DNA of 64,000 bases from Patescibacteria group bacterium (GTDB lineage: Bacteria; Patescibacteriota; Microgenomatia; Levybacterales; UBA12049), in contig JAMDAA010000022.1 in assembly GCA_023484045.1 (NCBI GenBank), forward strand, positions 4,201-68,200. The letters run 5' to 3'. A model generated the notes under the pieces. It saw only the letters and a program-made list of their open reading frames with translations, was not told the DNA's origin and made no database searches. Made by a program: the position numbers and the translations under genes. Below are positions 1 through 11,067 of this stretch, piece after piece. The first letter of the stretch is position 1; each line of letters begins with the position of its first letter.

Positions 1-133
1 TTTCCCGTTTTTGGCCAGTTGTTTCTTCGGCAAATCTTAAAACAGCGTCTGTTAATTTGCTTGTTTTTTCCTTGGATCTTTCTCTGCTATCATAGGCAGG
101 TATTATATTAAATTAGAAGTAATAAAACAATAG

Positions 134-2821
134 TTATTTGGAACTGAATATGGCGAATTGAATAAAAATAAATGTAAAGAAGACAATAAATACTATTGGT
201 GCTGCCATCGATAAATAATTTCTTTTATTCGGGCGGTAATATTTAAGGAGAAGAGAATTACTCACAACCGAAATTGAGCTTAGGGCCATCGCAAGTCCGG
301 CGAGTTCGGGTTTTAAAATAAGTCCGGCAAAGGCAAAAATTCTGGCCGCGATCGGTATTCCCATCACGTTATAAAAAAGCGCAAAAAACATATTTTGTTT
401 TATTTTGCCCATCGTTTCCTTCGAAAGTTTTATTGCCTGCGTGACATCTCTGAGGTCATTTTTTATGATTACAATTCCGCCTGTTTCCATCGCGACATCC
501 GTCCCCGAACCCATCGCAATCCCTAAATTAGCCTGCGCTAATGCTGGTGCATCATTAATTCCGTCCCCGACCATAGCGACCTTAAAGCCTTCGGCCTGAA
601 GTTTTTTAACCTCACTCGCCTTATCTTCGGGTAAAACTTCTGCCAAAACATTATCGATTCCGACTTGTTTCGCGATTGCATCGGCGGTAAGGCTATTATC
701 TCCTGTTATCATGTAAATTTTAATTTTCATTTTTTTAAGCTTGTCTACGGCTTCTTTAGACGATTCTTTAACCGTATCGGCAACACCAATAAGTCCTAAC
801 AATTCAGCTTGTTTACCCTGAGCTTGCCGAAGGGCTAGAATCATAACTGTCTTACCCTGCTCTTCGAGTCGCGATAATTTTCGGTCGACCCGGTCAATAG
901 AAAACCCTACAATATTATTTATTAATTTCCGGTTGCCAAAATAATATTTTCTGCCGTCGATTTTGCCTTCGATTCCGTGTCCCGGGATCGCTTTAAAGTT
1001 ATCAATATTTGTGAGTTTTAGAGATTCTTTTTCCGCTTCGTTTAGTATCGCTTCTGCGAGTGAATGTTCGGACTGCTTTTCTAAAGAAGCGGCAATTCCC
1101 AAAACTTCGTTTTCGTCAAAGCCATCGAACGTTTCGATGTCGGTTACGACTGGTTTACCGTTTGTCAAAGTTCCTGTTTTATCAAACACAATCGCATTTA
1201 CCTTGCATGCGGTTTCTAGAGGCTCTCCGCCTTTAATAAGAACTCCTTGTTCTGCACCTTTACCTGTGCCGACCATTATCGCCGTTGGTGTCGCAAGACC
1301 CAAAGCGCACGGACACGCGATAACGATTACCGAAGTTAAAGCCATCAGTGCAAAAGAAAGCGGTGCGTGCAAAATAAAAAACCAGATTATAAATGTAAGA
1401 ATCGAAATCAGAAGCACCGCCGGAACAAACCAGGACGAAATCCGGTCGGCAAAATCCTGAATCGGCGCTTTAGACCCTTGGGCTTCTTCGACAAGCCGAA
1501 TTATTCCGGCCAAAGTTGTTTCTTCACCGACGTGCGTCACGACAAATTCGAAACTGCCGGTTTTATTTATGGTGCCGCCGATAACGTTGTCACCGATTTT
1601 TTTCTCAACCGGAATACTTTCGCCTGTAATCATCGATTCATCGACAGCGGATCCTCCTTTAGATATTTTTCCGTCCGTCGGAATTTTTTCACCGGGCCTA
1701 ACTAAAATAGTATCGCCTTTTACAACCTCGTCGATTGGAATATCTCTTGTAACTCCCGCTTCGACCGCGAAGCGAGGCGAGCCGTCCGATATCACGCGTG
1801 CTGTTTTTGGCTTTAAACCCATTAATTTTTTAATCGCGTCGGATGTTTTTCCTTTTGCTTTTACTTCTAGCCATTTTCCCAAAGACACAAACGTTATAAG
1901 AAACGCCGCAGTTTCAAAATAGAGTTCCGGGATTTTCATACCCGATAAGCCGATTAATGATCTGCTATTGTAAACATAAAGCTCAAAATTTATAAGGCTG
2001 TAGAAATATGCGACACTCGTTCCGATCGCGATAAGGCTATCCATATTAAACGTTTTCATTTTCAGTGCCGACCACGTCCCTTTGTAAAAACCTTTTCCGA
2101 CATAAAATTGGATAGGAGTAGTTAAGATTAAAGAGATAAGTCCTATATACGGCATTAAAATTGTCCTGAGGGGTAGCCACGCAAAAAAATCGAGGAACAT
2201 AAAGTAAACCATCGGGATGCTTAAAATAAAACTTGTGATAAAATTCTTGCGGTAATACGCGATTTCGGATGCCTTTTTCTTTATTTCGAATTCGGTATCC
2301 GAAGGGTTAGCCACAGTTGCGCTATAGCCCGCTTTTTTTACTGCCTCGATAAGGTTTTCGGTTTTAGAAATTGACTCGTCGTAAGTAATAGACGCTTTTT
2401 CTGCCGCAAAATTTACGTGAGCTTCTTTTACGCCCGGAGTTTTATTCAAAGACTTTTCGATTAATAATGCGCAGGAAGCGCAATGCATTCCGGAGAGAGA
2501 AAGATTAACTCTCGCGGCATTAAACGAGTGTTGAACTGATGCATGATCAATAATATTTTCTGAAGCAAAGGCTTTGTGATTTTTATTGTCTCCGTTTGTA
2601 TTTTCAGAAATGATCGAAGCTTTGTATCCGGCGTCTTCGATCGCAGTAATTATTTTATCGTCCATAAGTTTATAGTTTGAGGCGACTAAAGAACCCAATC
2701 CGGATTTATGATCGATGTTAATATCTTGTACGCCGGTAAGCGAAGATAATTCTTCTTTAATAAGCGTTTCGCACGAACCACAATGCATTCCGCTTACTTT
2801 AAAGTCGATTTTCCTTTTCAT
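134..2821 (-). CDS. copA: Cu(I)-translocating P1B-type ATPase with two N-terminal HMA domains
   Basis: 895-aa ORF. Two GMHC(G/A)SC metal-binding motifs, CPC in the TM segment ([12 protein letters not shown]), DKTGTLT phosphorylation site, GDGINDAP hinge. Confidence 0.9.
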   Translation of the reverse strand: MKRKIDFKVSGMHCGSCETLIKEELSSLTGVQDINIDHKSGLGSLVASNYKLMDDKIITAIEDAGYKASIISENTNGDNKNHKAFASENIIDHASVQHSFNAARVNLSLSGMHCASCALLIEKSLNKTPGVKEAHVNFAAEKASITYDESISKTENLIEAVKKAGYSATVANPSDTEFEIKKKASEIAYYRKNFITSFILSIPMVYFMFLDFFAWLPLRTILMPYIGLISLILTTPIQFYVGKGFYKGTWSALKMKTFNMDSLIAIGTSVAYFYSLINFELYVYNSRSLIGLSGMKIPELYFETAAFLITFVSLGKWLEVKAKGKTSDAIKKLMGLKPKTARVISDGSPRFAVEAGVTRDIPIDEVVKGDTILVRPGEKIPTDGKISKGGSAVDESMITGESIPVEKKIGDNVIGGTINKTGSFEFVVTHVGEETTLAGIIRLVEEAQGSKAPIQDFADRISSWFVPAVLLISILTFIIWFFILHAPLSFALMALTSVIVIACPCALGLATPTAIMVGTGKGAEQGVLIKGGEPLETACKVNAIVFDKTGTLTNGKPVVTDIETFDGFDENEVLGIAASLEKQSEHSLAEAILNEAEKESLKLTNIDNFKAIPGHGIEGKIDGRKYYFGNRKLINNIVGFSIDRVDRKLSRLEEQGKTVMILALRQAQGKQAELLGLIGVADTVKESSKEAVDKLKKMKIKIYMITGDNSLTADAIAKQVGIDNVLAEVLPEDKASEVKKLQAEGFKVAMVGDGINDAPALAQANLGIAMGSGTDVAMETGGIVIIKNDLRDVTQAIKLSKETMGKIKQNMFFALFYNVMGIPIAARIFAFAGLILKPELAGLAMALSSISVVSNSLLLKYYRPNKRNYLSMAAPIVFIVFFTFIFIQFAIFSSK

Positions 2822-3027
2822 AAATTTTCTATTTTATAGGCAGTTCCTTCCAGTGCTTTTTTTAATTCATCGAGGTTAATTTCTCTTTTGGCGGTTACGG
2901 TTGTTTTTCCTGATCCTAAATCTACCTTTACTGATTCAACACCAGAAATACTTGATATCCTCTTTTCGGATAGTTTTTTACAGGCGTCACAACTTAACCC
3001 TAAAATTTTAAAAGATAAATTTTTCAT
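2818..3027 (-). CDS. copZ: small heavy-metal-associated (HMA) domain copper chaperone, CopZ-like
   Basis: 69 aa. N-terminal GLSCDACKK variant of the MxCxxC HMA motif. Overlaps the copA start by 4 nt, suggesting an operon. Confidence 0.7.
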   Translation of the reverse strand: MKNLSFKILGLSCDACKKLSEKRISSISGVESVKVDLGSGKTTVTAKREINLDELKKALEGTAYKIENL

Positions 3028-3043
3028 TATTAAATATTAGCCC

Positions 3044-4864
3044 TTAGTTAACCTCAATTTGACCCCGTACTCCCATCGCGCATGTTATGTTGAATATTCC
3101 TGGTTTGCTGGGAGTAAAATCAAATGTTATTGTCTGTCCTTTAGAAAAAACTTCAATTTTGTTTGTCAGACCGGGAACCGTAACGCTTCCCATGCAGCCG
3201 TTACCGTCGTCTTTTGCTTCTATTTCAAATTTTACCGGTTTATTAGCTTTAACAATAAATTTATTCGGAACAATATCATTATCTGCGCTGTATGTAGCCT
3301 TAATCAGTTGGACTTCGCCTTGAGCAGTTACTTCTCCGTTTTTTACAGTATTAGCATTTCCCGCAGTATTTTTTTTAGCTCCGCAGCCGCATCCACTACC
3401 TCCACTACCGCAGGATTGTCCGGCCGGAGGGTTTGCGGCAGTAGTGTTTTGAACATTTTGAGTTGCGACCGACGTTGAAGTGTTGGATTCCGCGGAAGTA
3501 TTATCAATAACAGTAAACGATCCGGTGAACATGCCCATGGCACAAGAAAAACGGATCGTTCCGGCTTCATCGGGATTGAATTCGATAATATTCTCTCCTG
3601 CCTTGAGAGTTTGTTTAATTCCAAGCTTTTGAGAAACGATACTCGCAGTACAGCTGTTGCTGTCTTCAGAAGTAATAATCCACTTAACAGGAACCCCTTT
3701 TTTAATCGTGAAATTATTCGGAATATAACCGGAATTATTCTGTACCATTCGAACTTCCTGGACTCCGTTAACCAATTTTACATTCTCGTCTTGAGAAGAT
3801 GCTTCCGTGCTATTCGATTTTCCAAAAACCTGAGAAACATCAGGGTTGATTCCCAAGAGATTGAAGCCGTTCGAAATATTAAATAGCGCGAGAAATATAA
3901 CAATGATCCCGACTGTTCTAAAAAAGAACTTTGCGGATTGACCTTTAACGACAGATGTTATTCCGCCAACGGTTAACAACCCCGGTGCGGTTCCGATCGC
4001 AAATACACCCATAGTTAAAGCGCCTGCGAGCGGGCTTCCCGTGCTCATCGCGTATAATTGCATCGCCTGCGTAAAGCCGCATGGTAAAAAAAATGTCGAG
4101 GCACCCATTATCGATGCGTTTTTGTTGGTGTACTCAAGTTCGGAGCGGTCTTTTATGCCGAGCATCCTGCTTAGACCTTTTGGCATAGTAAAAGATATTT
4201 TTTTTAGGATCGGAAAAATATCGATAAGCTGGCTGCCCAATAAAAACATAACTAACCCTACAACAACGATCATAATTCCTAAAAATGACGTTGATAGTTG
4301 AAAAAACGATCCTGTATAACCGATTACGCCCCCAAGTATAAAATACGAAATAATTCGTCCGATGTTAAAAAATAAATGGGGTTTAAATTTCTCCATTCCC
4401 GAAGCGTTTGGATATTTTTTTGAAAAATGCGCGGACGCCCCTAAAACTAACCCACCGACAAGCGCCATACAACTCGAGACGCCGGCTGTTAGACCGATAA
4501 GAAGTACGACGGGAAGACTGGAATAATTTCCCGAGATCGAGCTCGTAAGACTAAAAACATCGAGCGTTTTTAATGTTAAAAAAAGAAATAAGACGATCAA
4601 AAAAGCTATGCTTAGCTCGATATAATCATAGTAGTTCCTCGAAAATAATGGAGATTTTTCTTTGCCTAAGGCGTAACCCGCGTTTTCGATAGCAGTTACA
4701 ACGGCATTCCGATTAAGTTGTCCTTCATAATATATTTCTGCGGTTCCGGCCCTGTGGTTCAAAACGGCTTTTTTAATCCCTTGAATTTTTGTGAGTTCGT
4801 CTTCGATCAAAATCTCGCAGGAACGGCAATACATGCCTTTAATATTTATTCTGCATTTTTCCAT
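3044..4864 (-). CDS. polytopic membrane protein: N-terminal HMA domain, permease core, Cys-rich linker and two C-terminal cupredoxin-like domains
   Basis: 606 aa. N-terminal GMYCRSCE HMA motif and multiple Gly-rich TM helices. Linker GQSCGSGGSGCGCG. Two repeated beta-rich domains ending F(S/T)CAMG(M/V)..G..(T/E)V. Confidence 0.6.
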   Translation of the reverse strand: MEKCRINIKGMYCRSCEILIEDELTKIQGIKKAVLNHRAGTAEIYYEGQLNRNAVVTAIENAGYALGKEKSPLFSRNYYDYIELSIAFLIVLFLFLTLKTLDVFSLTSSISGNYSSLPVVLLIGLTAGVSSCMALVGGLVLGASAHFSKKYPNASGMEKFKPHLFFNIGRIISYFILGGVIGYTGSFFQLSTSFLGIMIVVVGLVMFLLGSQLIDIFPILKKISFTMPKGLSRMLGIKDRSELEYTNKNASIMGASTFFLPCGFTQAMQLYAMSTGSPLAGALTMGVFAIGTAPGLLTVGGITSVVKGQSAKFFFRTVGIIVIFLALFNISNGFNLLGINPDVSQVFGKSNSTEASSQDENVKLVNGVQEVRMVQNNSGYIPNNFTIKKGVPVKWIITSEDSNSCTASIVSQKLGIKQTLKAGENIIEFNPDEAGTIRFSCAMGMFTGSFTVIDNTSAESNTSTSVATQNVQNTTAANPPAGQSCGSGGSGCGCGAKKNTAGNANTVKNGEVTAQGEVQLIKATYSADNDIVPNKFIVKANKPVKFEIEAKDDGNGCMGSVTVPGLTNKIEVFSKGQTITFDFTPSKPGIFNITCAMGVRGQIEVN

Positions 4865-5009
4865 AGCTTAAAGGATATCAGATGAAATATTAAGAAATTG
4901 TGAGAATTTCCGAGAAAAATCTTGTAATTTCAAAATTGCCTTCTAATACACCACACACATCCACTATTGTTAGTGGTGAATTTGATAAGCTCCCTCTTAT
5001 CAATAATGT

Positions 5010-5273
5010 TTATTTAGCAAATAATCTGTAAACTTTTGCAAAAATATAGCCGACTATCCAAGCCGTTATGGTTGATGATATTAATCCTGAAAAAAATGAC
5101 GCTAGTGTTAAATTCCAAGTACTCGCGTTACTAAGTTCAATACCATGGAACCATGATTGAGCAACTGCAAAAGACGCATCAGGAAACAAGCCCACCAATA
5201 CGCGGCATATCACAAAAACAACAGCCGTTGTAAGAGCTAGGGCATTAGGAATAGCATAGGATTGCGCTTTCAT
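5010..5273 (-). CDS. small hydrophobic membrane protein
   Basis: 87-aa ORF with two predicted TM segments. No recognisable motif. Confidence 0.35.
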   Translation of the reverse strand: MKAQSYAIPNALALTTAVVFVICRVLVGLFPDASFAVAQSWFHGIELSNASTWNLTLASFFSGLISSTITAWIVGYIFAKVYRLFAK

Positions 5274-5278
5274 TCAAG

Positions 5279-5950
5279 TCACCTCCTTTCGTTTAGTTTA
5301 ATACTCAAAAGATATTCGTAGATTGGTCCGAGTAACCCACCGGCTCCTATTGCCCATAAAATTTCTTCAACAGGAACACCCAGAAGAATTATCCCCGAAA
5401 GATTAGATAAATTCCAGTGTTTGATAAAACTAGGAGTAAAAAAAGAGAGTATTGAGAAGAAGAGAAAGTATAGTAGTCCAAAAAGTAAACCTGAATAAAG
5501 GACTTTTTTCAATAGGTCTGGCCTAGTAATAACAATAAGGACAACATCAACCACGATCCCGATATAGACCGCATACATGAAGTTTATTTTAAATAAAGCA
5601 TAAGTAAGAAAAATAACAATAATACCTATTCCCAATATCAATCCGTGAAAAAACTCGCCATTATAACAGTTGCAAAGTCTTTGATGTTTGACTTTACCTT
5701 TCATAAATAATTCATAAATAACAGCAATAATTCCACCTATAGCAAAACTAAAAATAAAATCTTCGATGGAAAGTTTAGGATTTCTGATAGTATCAGGAAG
5801 CCAATAGCCGGGAACAAAAAATACTTCTGATAAACCAGCAGGGGTAATAATTAGACTTGCGATAAGCATTTCTTTTCTTAATTTCTTTTGGGAAATAAAA
5901 ATTAGAAACCATATAGCAAGCAAGAATAATGAACCGAGCAGGTAGTGCAT
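5279..5950 (-). CDS. integral membrane protein of unknown function
   Basis: 223-aa ORF, about 6 hydrophobic helices. No recognisable motif. Confidence 0.4.
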   Translation of the reverse strand: MHYLLGSLFLLAIWFLIFISQKKLRKEMLIASLIITPAGLSEVFFVPGYWLPDTIRNPKLSIEDFIFSFAIGGIIAVIYELFMKGKVKHQRLCNCYNGEFFHGLILGIGIIVIFLTYALFKINFMYAVYIGIVVDVVLIVITRPDLLKKVLYSGLLFGLLYFLFFSILSFFTPSFIKHWNLSNLSGIILLGVPVEEILWAIGAGGLLGPIYEYLLSIKLNERR

Positions 5951-5958
5951 AGATTTAT

Positions 5959-5991
5959 CTTGACAGATACCCCCCCAGGGTGTATATTATT
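5959..5991 (+). promoter_or_regulatory. putative sigma70-type promoter with embedded GC pseudo-palindrome (candidate CsoR operator)
   Basis: TTGACA, 17 nt, TATATT immediately upstream of the csoR ATG. The spacer ATACCCCCCCAGGGTGTAT is an imperfect TACCC..GGGTA-type palindrome like known CsoR operators. Confidence 0.45.
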
Positions 5992-5998
5992 AGCGTAC

Positions 5999-6268
5999 AT
6001 GAAACAAGATAAGAATGTCAAGGACGAGGTCCAAAATCGAATTAATATTATCAAAGGCCAGCTTGACGGTTTGCTTAAAATGATTGAGGAAGATAAATAT
6101 TGCATAGATTTACTCAACCAAAGCTTGGCTATTCAAAATTCCATTAAAAGCCTTGATGCTCTTATATTTGAAAAACATTTAAAAACACATGTAGTTAGTC
6201 AGTTCCAAAATCAAAGAGACAAAGCAGTTGAAGAACTGCTAAGATTATTTAAGAGAGTCCATCAATAA
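5999..6268 (+). CDS. csoR: CsoR/RcnR-family metal-sensing transcriptional repressor
   Basis: About 90 aa from the ATG at 5999. Core RI.IIKGQLDGLLKMIEEDKYCIDLLNQSLAIQNSIKSLDALIFEKHL matches the CsoR fold, with conserved Cys (YCID) and His (HLKTH) ligand positions. Confidence 0.75.
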   Translation: MKQDKNVKDEVQNRINIIKGQLDGLLKMIEEDKYCIDLLNQSLAIQNSIKSLDALIFEKHLKTHVVSQFQNQRDKAVEELLRLFKRVHQ

Positions 6269-6314
6269 ACGTATAAATAATCTATGAAAATGTATGTGTG
6301 TCCAATGCCCCAGA

Positions 6315-6349
6315 ACCATTCGGTTCGGGGCTACCGGGCACCGAATGGT
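6315..6349 (+). promoter_or_regulatory. GC-rich 10-bp inverted repeat in the csoR-copB intergenic region (possible operator or attenuator)
   Basis: ACCATTCGGT...ACCGAATGGT with a GC-rich 15-nt spacer, 25 nt upstream of the copB start. Local GC is unusually high. Confidence 0.3.
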
Positions 6350-6375
6350 GACCCGGTGCATCCTTACGAGTTGAT

Positions 6376-8658
6376 ATGAATAAAAATTCTGTTATTTACA
6401 TCTGTCCTATGCACAGCGAGGTCAGATCTGGCAGGCCCGGAAAATGTCCTAAATGTGGGATGACTTTAATCGAGAAGGATGAACAATCACATCACGGAAT
6501 GGAATCCGTGCAACATACTTCCCGTACCCCAAAAGAAAATACGGATCAAGGCCAAGGGATTTTTTACACATGTCCCATGGATCCCGATGTTATACAAGAC
6601 ACTCCAGGTAATTGTCCAAAGTGCGGAATGAAGCTTGTGCCAATGAATTCAGAGCATGAAGGACATGAGGATCACGCCTCAATGGAGAAAGATTTTAGAA
6701 AGCGTTTCTTTATTACTTTACCTTTTGTTGTCACTACTATGCTTCTTTCGCCAAATATTCAGAAATGGCTTCGTTTCAATATAAATTTTTCGGGCAGTGA
6801 ATTACTACTTTTTGCCTTAGGGACATTTATTTTTTTCTTTGGCGGATTACCTTTCTTCAAAGCAGCAAAAGGTGAGTTATCCCGTAAAAACCCCGGGATG
6901 ATGACCTTAGTGGCTTTTGCCATAACAGTTGGTTATATTTTTTCGGTTGCCGCAACATTCTTTTTTCCGGGAGAATCCTTATATTGGGAAATATCCACTC
7001 TTACCTCAGTTTTTCTGTTAGGTCATTGGTTGGAGATGAGAGCTGTTAGAGGAGCAACAGGTGCTCTAGCAGAATTGGCTAAACTCATTCCCCCATCCGC
7101 TCACCTTATTAAAAATGGAAACATCACAGATGTTAAAACAAGCCAGTTAATAATAGGCGACAGGGTTTTGGTTAGGCCCGGTGAAAAAATTCCAGTAGAT
7201 GGACTAGTAATAGATGGAGAAAGTTCTGTTAACGAATCGATGGTAACCGGAGAATCAAGACCAATCAATAAGAAAAAAGGTGATAAGGTAATCGGTGGCA
7301 CTATCAATCAAGATGGATCTTTAACAATCGAAGTTGCCAAAACAGGAGTGGATACAGCCATCTCTCAAATTATGAAACTGATACGGGAAGCCCAAACCTC
7401 AAAACCAAATGTTCAACACTTGGCTGACAGAGCGGCGAGTGTCTTGTTTTATGTAGCTATTATTGCCGGGGCCGCTTCATTTATTACTTGGGTATTTATT
7501 TTACCTCACGGAGTTGTTTTTGCTGCGACTGTGGCCGTCGCGGCGATTGTTGTTGCTTGCCCTCACGCTTTGGGTTTGGCTATTCCTACAGTTACTACAA
7601 TTACATCTACCCTAGGTGCTAAAAATGGAATTTTAATAAAAGACATGAAGGGTTTAGAGATTGCTCGAAAAATCAGTTATGTAGTATTTGATAAAACAGG
7701 AACGCTGACAAAAGGAGAATTCGGAATAACCAATATTATTTTAAGCCAAAAATCAGGCATCAAAGACTCGCCTCGCTTCGCGGGCGAAGCGGGCCAGGAT
7801 GAATTATTGAAATTTGCCGCAGCTGTAGAAGTTCAATCACAACATTCTATCGCTCAAGGAATTGTTAATGATGCTAAAAATAAAAAATTAGAAATACCAA
7901 ATGTCAAAGAATTTAAGTCTTTCCCTGGTAAAGGAGCAGTTGGAAAAATTGATAATAAGAAAATTGCTGTTGGCAACAAAACACTAATGGAAGAAATGAA
8001 AGTCGGAACAGAAGATGGTAGCTGGAAGACAGAAAAGAAGGGTAATACACCAGTTTTTGTTGCTATAGATGACAAATTAGCTGGCGTGATACTTCTTGCA
8101 GATATTATTAGGGAGGAATCTAAAGAAGCGGTTAAAAGACTGCATGAGATGGGAATAAAAACAGCCATGCTGACAGGTGATACTCAAGATGTAGCTTCGG
8201 AAGTAGGAAAACAATTGGACATGGATACTGTTTTCGCCCAGGTACTACCGGAAGATAAGGTCGATAAAGTAAAAGAATTACAAAACAAAGGTAATGTTGT
8301 AGCCATGGTAGGTGATGGGGTCAACGATGCTCCATCCCTGACTCAGTCTCACGTCGGTATTGCTATAGGTGCAGGAACCGATGTTGCAGTCGAATCAGCA
8401 GGTATTGTGCTTATGAAAAACGACCCCATGGACGTAGTCAAAGCAATATCTTTAAGTCGTAAAACTAATACAAAAATGGTGCAAAACCTTGTTTGGGCGA
8501 CCGGATACAACGTCTTTGCTATTCCGACGGCAGCAGGAATATTTTACCCGTCATTTGGAATCCTACTTCGACCCGAATGGGCAGCATTACTCATGAGTGC
8601 ATCCTCTATCATTGTTGTCTTTAACGCTTTGCTTTTAAGAAGAGCAAAGCTTGATTAA
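6376..8658 (+). CDS. copB: CopB-type (P1B-3-like) heavy-metal P-type ATPase with CPH motif and two N-terminal CPxH...CPKCGM metal-binding repeats
   Basis: 760 aa. [11 protein letters not shown] (CPH) in the TM segment, [17 protein letters not shown]. Two N-terminal repeats, YICPMHSEV...GKCPKCGM and YTCPMDPDV...GNCPKCGM. Confidence 0.85.
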   Translation: MNKNSVIYICPMHSEVRSGRPGKCPKCGMTLIEKDEQSHHGMESVQHTSRTPKENTDQGQGIFYTCPMDPDVIQDTPGNCPKCGMKLVPMNSEHEGHEDHASMEKDFRKRFFITLPFVVTTMLLSPNIQKWLRFNINFSGSELLLFALGTFIFFFGGLPFFKAAKGELSRKNPGMMTLVAFAITVGYIFSVAATFFFPGESLYWEISTLTSVFLLGHWLEMRAVRGATGALAELAKLIPPSAHLIKNGNITDVKTSQLIIGDRVLVRPGEKIPVDGLVIDGESSVNESMVTGESRPINKKKGDKVIGGTINQDGSLTIEVAKTGVDTAISQIMKLIREAQTSKPNVQHLADRAASVLFYVAIIAGAASFITWVFILPHGVVFAATVAVAAIVVACPHALGLAIPTVTTITSTLGAKNGILIKDMKGLEIARKISYVVFDKTGTLTKGEFGITNIILSQKSGIKDSPRFAGEAGQDELLKFAAAVEVQSQHSIAQGIVNDAKNKKLEIPNVKEFKSFPGKGAVGKIDNKKIAVGNKTLMEEMKVGTEDGSWKTEKKGNTPVFVAIDDKLAGVILLADIIREESKEAVKRLHEMGIKTAMLTGDTQDVASEVGKQLDMDTVFAQVLPEDKVDKVKELQNKGNVVAMVGDGVNDAPSLTQSHVGIAIGAGTDVAVESAGIVLMKNDPMDVVKAISLSRKTNTKMVQNLVWATGYNVFAIPTAAGIFYPSFGILLRPEWAALLMSASSIIVVFNALLLRRAKLD

Positions 8659-9244
8659 AAATATGAACTTTAAAAACACTGTTTTAAAAGTAATCGTTTT
8701 TTCGATAGCTTTTGCTTTTATAGAATCATCGGTTGTGATTTATTTAAGACATCTTTTAGGTGCAAGTCAACCTGTATTAAATAAAGATGAGGTACTGTTG
8801 TTACTTCCAGGAATTGCGTTTTTGGAACCTAAGACTGCTCTTAATATTATTTCCAACAGTCAGCTTTTGAATATTGAGATGATTAGAGAAGCATCTACCT
8901 TAATAATGTTAGCCTCTGTTGCTCTACTTGCAGCAAAGAAGTTTAAAGAAGCCTTTGCTTTTTTCTTTTTAGCATTTGGGATTTGGGATATTTTTTATTA
9001 TGTGTTTTTGAAACTCATTATAGATTGGCCTAAGTCTCTTTTTGATTTGGATACCTTCTTTCTATTGCCTGTTCCCTGGATCGGACCGGTGTTTGTTCCG
9101 ATCTTAATATCCTCGATCATAGTTTTTTTATCGCTTGTTTACCTTTTAATTTACGAAAAGAAACCCTCCTTCGCTAAAGCTTCGGAGGGCGACCCGCCTG
9201 CATGCGCCTCGAGCGCAAGCGATTGGCGGGCAGAAGGGAGGTGA
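8651..9244 (+). CDS. membrane protein of unknown function
   Basis: 197-aa ORF with 4-5 hydrophobic helices. Overlaps the copB stop, suggesting an operon. Confidence 0.4.
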   Translation: MIKNMNFKNTVLKVIVFSIAFAFIESSVVIYLRHLLGASQPVLNKDEVLLLLPGIAFLEPKTALNIISNSQLLNIEMIREASTLIMLASVALLAAKKFKEAFAFFFLAFGIWDIFYYVFLKLIIDWPKSLFDLDTFFLLPVPWIGPVFVPILISSIIVFLSLVYLLIYEKKPSFAKASEGDPPACASSASDWRAEGR

Positions 9245-9248
9245 TTTT

Positions 9249-9467
9249 ATGTTTGGATTTTCTAAAAAAGTTACGGACCCTGTTTGTAAAATGAAGGTGG
9301 ATAAAAATAAAACTAAGTACTCTTCAGAATATAAAGGCGAGAAATATTATTTTTGCTCTGAAGATTGCCTAAAAAAATTTGACACAGAACCGAAAAAATA
9401 TCTTGTTCAGGATGAGAATATTTCTACGCAAAACTGTTGCCATCAAAACAGTAAATCCTGCTGTTAA
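9249..9467 (+). CDS. YHS/TRASH-type metal-binding domain protein
   Basis: 72 aa. DPVCKMKV..YYFCSEDCLKKF matches the YHS pattern (C.M....Y.FCS..C...F). Cys-rich tail CCHQNSKSCC. Confidence 0.65.
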   Translation: MFGFSKKVTDPVCKMKVDKNKTKYSSEYKGEKYYFCSEDCLKKFDTEPKKYLVQDENISTQNCCHQNSKSCC

Positions 9468-9521
9468 CCCTAACTTTTAGCGATTTGCTTCTATGTATAG
9501 GGATTTTTATCAAACTCGGCT

Positions 9522-10205
9522 TTACAGCTTATTGATTTCCGTACTTAATTCCTGATTCCTTACAGCCATTTGAATATCATCTCTGGCAAATTTAACAATC
9601 CCCTCTTTATCGATCACAACGTAACTGTGTCCGGGAAACTGCCCTTTATGCATCGAGGAAGGAAGTGTTAAAACTCCATACTTTTGCGAAACTTGCCTAT
9701 TACCATCAAAAAGCACATTAGCAGAAGCAAGTTCCGGCATTTTATCGATGGCTTGCTTCCACTCATTTTTAGGATCAGCTGTAATATTTAATATCACCGC
9801 TTTACTCCCCAGTTCTGTGTCTTTTCCAAAAGCTGCAATCTGGTTCCAGCAAGCAGGATAACACATTAATCCTTCGTTAAAGAAAAGAATTACGTTTTTG
9901 CCTTTTAACTCACTTAGGATAATCTTTTTTCCATCATAGTTTTCTAGAGTAAAATCAGGAGCACTTTTACCGACCAGGCCATTAAAAATGGTTGCGTCAA
10001 CAGGAGTAGATCCTCCGTGGTGACTTGCCATGGAGTCAGTTTGTGATCCTTGGACCGACTGACCAGTCTCTTTATCTGTAGAAACCTGGTCTCCCTTGCT
10101 ATTTATGTTTACCTCGATATTAAAATTGCTAACAACTAATATCAAAGCTATAACTATCCCGGTACCTAAAATTGCGATAAGTCCAGTTTTATTCAAAATT
10201 ATCAC
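9522..10205 (-). CDS. secreted thioredoxin-fold protein with CxxxC motif (TlpA/Sco-like thiol:disulfide oxidoreductase)
   Basis: 227 aa with an N-terminal TM anchor. Motif ILFFNEGLMCYPACW. Paralog of 11210-11842. Overlaps the downstream CcdA-like gene. Confidence 0.5.
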   Translation of the reverse strand: MIILNKTGLIAILGTGIVIALILVVSNFNIEVNINSKGDQVSTDKETGQSVQGSQTDSMASHHGGSTPVDATIFNGLVGKSAPDFTLENYDGKKIILSELKGKNVILFFNEGLMCYPACWNQIAAFGKDTELGSKAVILNITADPKNEWKQAIDKMPELASANVLFDGNRQVSQKYGVLTLPSSMHKGQFPGHSYVVIDKEGIVKFARDDIQMAVRNQELSTEINKL

Positions 10206-11067
10206 CTCTTTTCTTCAAAGAGATAAATTGCTTAATAGCAAAATAAGCAATAAACAAAGCGATTCCTGTGAAAATAAGGGCCCAAGCAGCTTCTGGGATA
10301 ACTCTAGTAAACTGGTTTATAAATTTTATAAATTTAGTCAGATAAATATTTAGTGCAACTTGGTACGAAGAATGGGAAGTTAACTGGCTGGTTTTTGCAA
10401 GGTAGATAATAACTATTCCTAAAACTAAAAACATCAACCCGGAAAAAAAGTTGGCAAAGGTTAAATGGATCTTTTGACCGAGTAATTTATAAGACAAGTT
10501 TTTTCTGAAGGCAAAAAACTTTTTAGTAAAATCGACTTTATCAAGGAAAAAGGCGATAATAAAAAGAGGCAGAACAATCCCCAGTACATAAGCAAGAGTA
10601 TAAATCCCTCCTAAGATAAACGATCCAGGAAGCGCCGATAAGGTTAAAACTCCTGCCAGAACCGGAGCGCAACAAGTCGTTGCAATCGCAGAAAATATAC
10701 CTAAAATATAAACAGAAGCAAAATCCTGTCCTCTAAGTTTCGGGTGAACGCTAAAGGGCAGAGAAAATTGTCGTCCAAGTAGTAAACTTAACCCTAAAAA
10801 TATTAAAAATATTCCTCCAACGAAGAAGATCGTGTCATGGTATCGACTGAAAATTTGAGTGAGAAATGAAACTCCAAGGCCAATAGGAAGAAAGATAGAT
10901 AATATACCGAGGAAATAGACAAAAGTCATTAAAAATACTGGAGCTTTTTGCTTAAAAATTGAGGCAAAATAGGTTGGCAGAAGAACCGTGATACAACAGG
11001 GCGCAAAAAGCGCAGCGATCCCTGCAAAAAAAGAGGCTATAAAAGATGCGCTGATTAAAAGATCCAT
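10189..11067 (-). CDS. ccdA: CcdA/DsbD-family transmembrane thiol-disulfide transporter
   Basis: 292 aa. FAPCCITVLLPTY in TM1 and a second CCAPVLAGVL motif. Typical DsbD_2 architecture. Confidence 0.7.
   Translation of the reverse strand: MDLLISASFIASFFAGIAALFAPCCITVLLPTYFASIFKQKAPVFLMTFVYFLGILSIFLPIGLGVSFLTQIFSRYHDTIFFVGGIFLIFLGLSLLLGRQFSLPFSVHPKLRGQDFASVYILGIFSAIATTCCAPVLAGVLTLSALPGSFILGGIYTLAYVLGIVLPLFIIAFFLDKVDFTKKFFAFRKNLSYKLLGQKIHLTFANFFSGLMFLVLGIVIIYLAKTSQLTSHSSYQVALNIYLTKFIKFINQFTRVIPEAAWALIFTGIALFIAYFAIKQFISLKKRGDNFE

Noticed and set aside
405-1922. Antisense ORFs inside copA (405-599, 963-1460, 1367-1705, 1569-1922)
   Set aside because: They lie fully within and antisense to a high-confidence P-type ATPase gene and have low-complexity composition.
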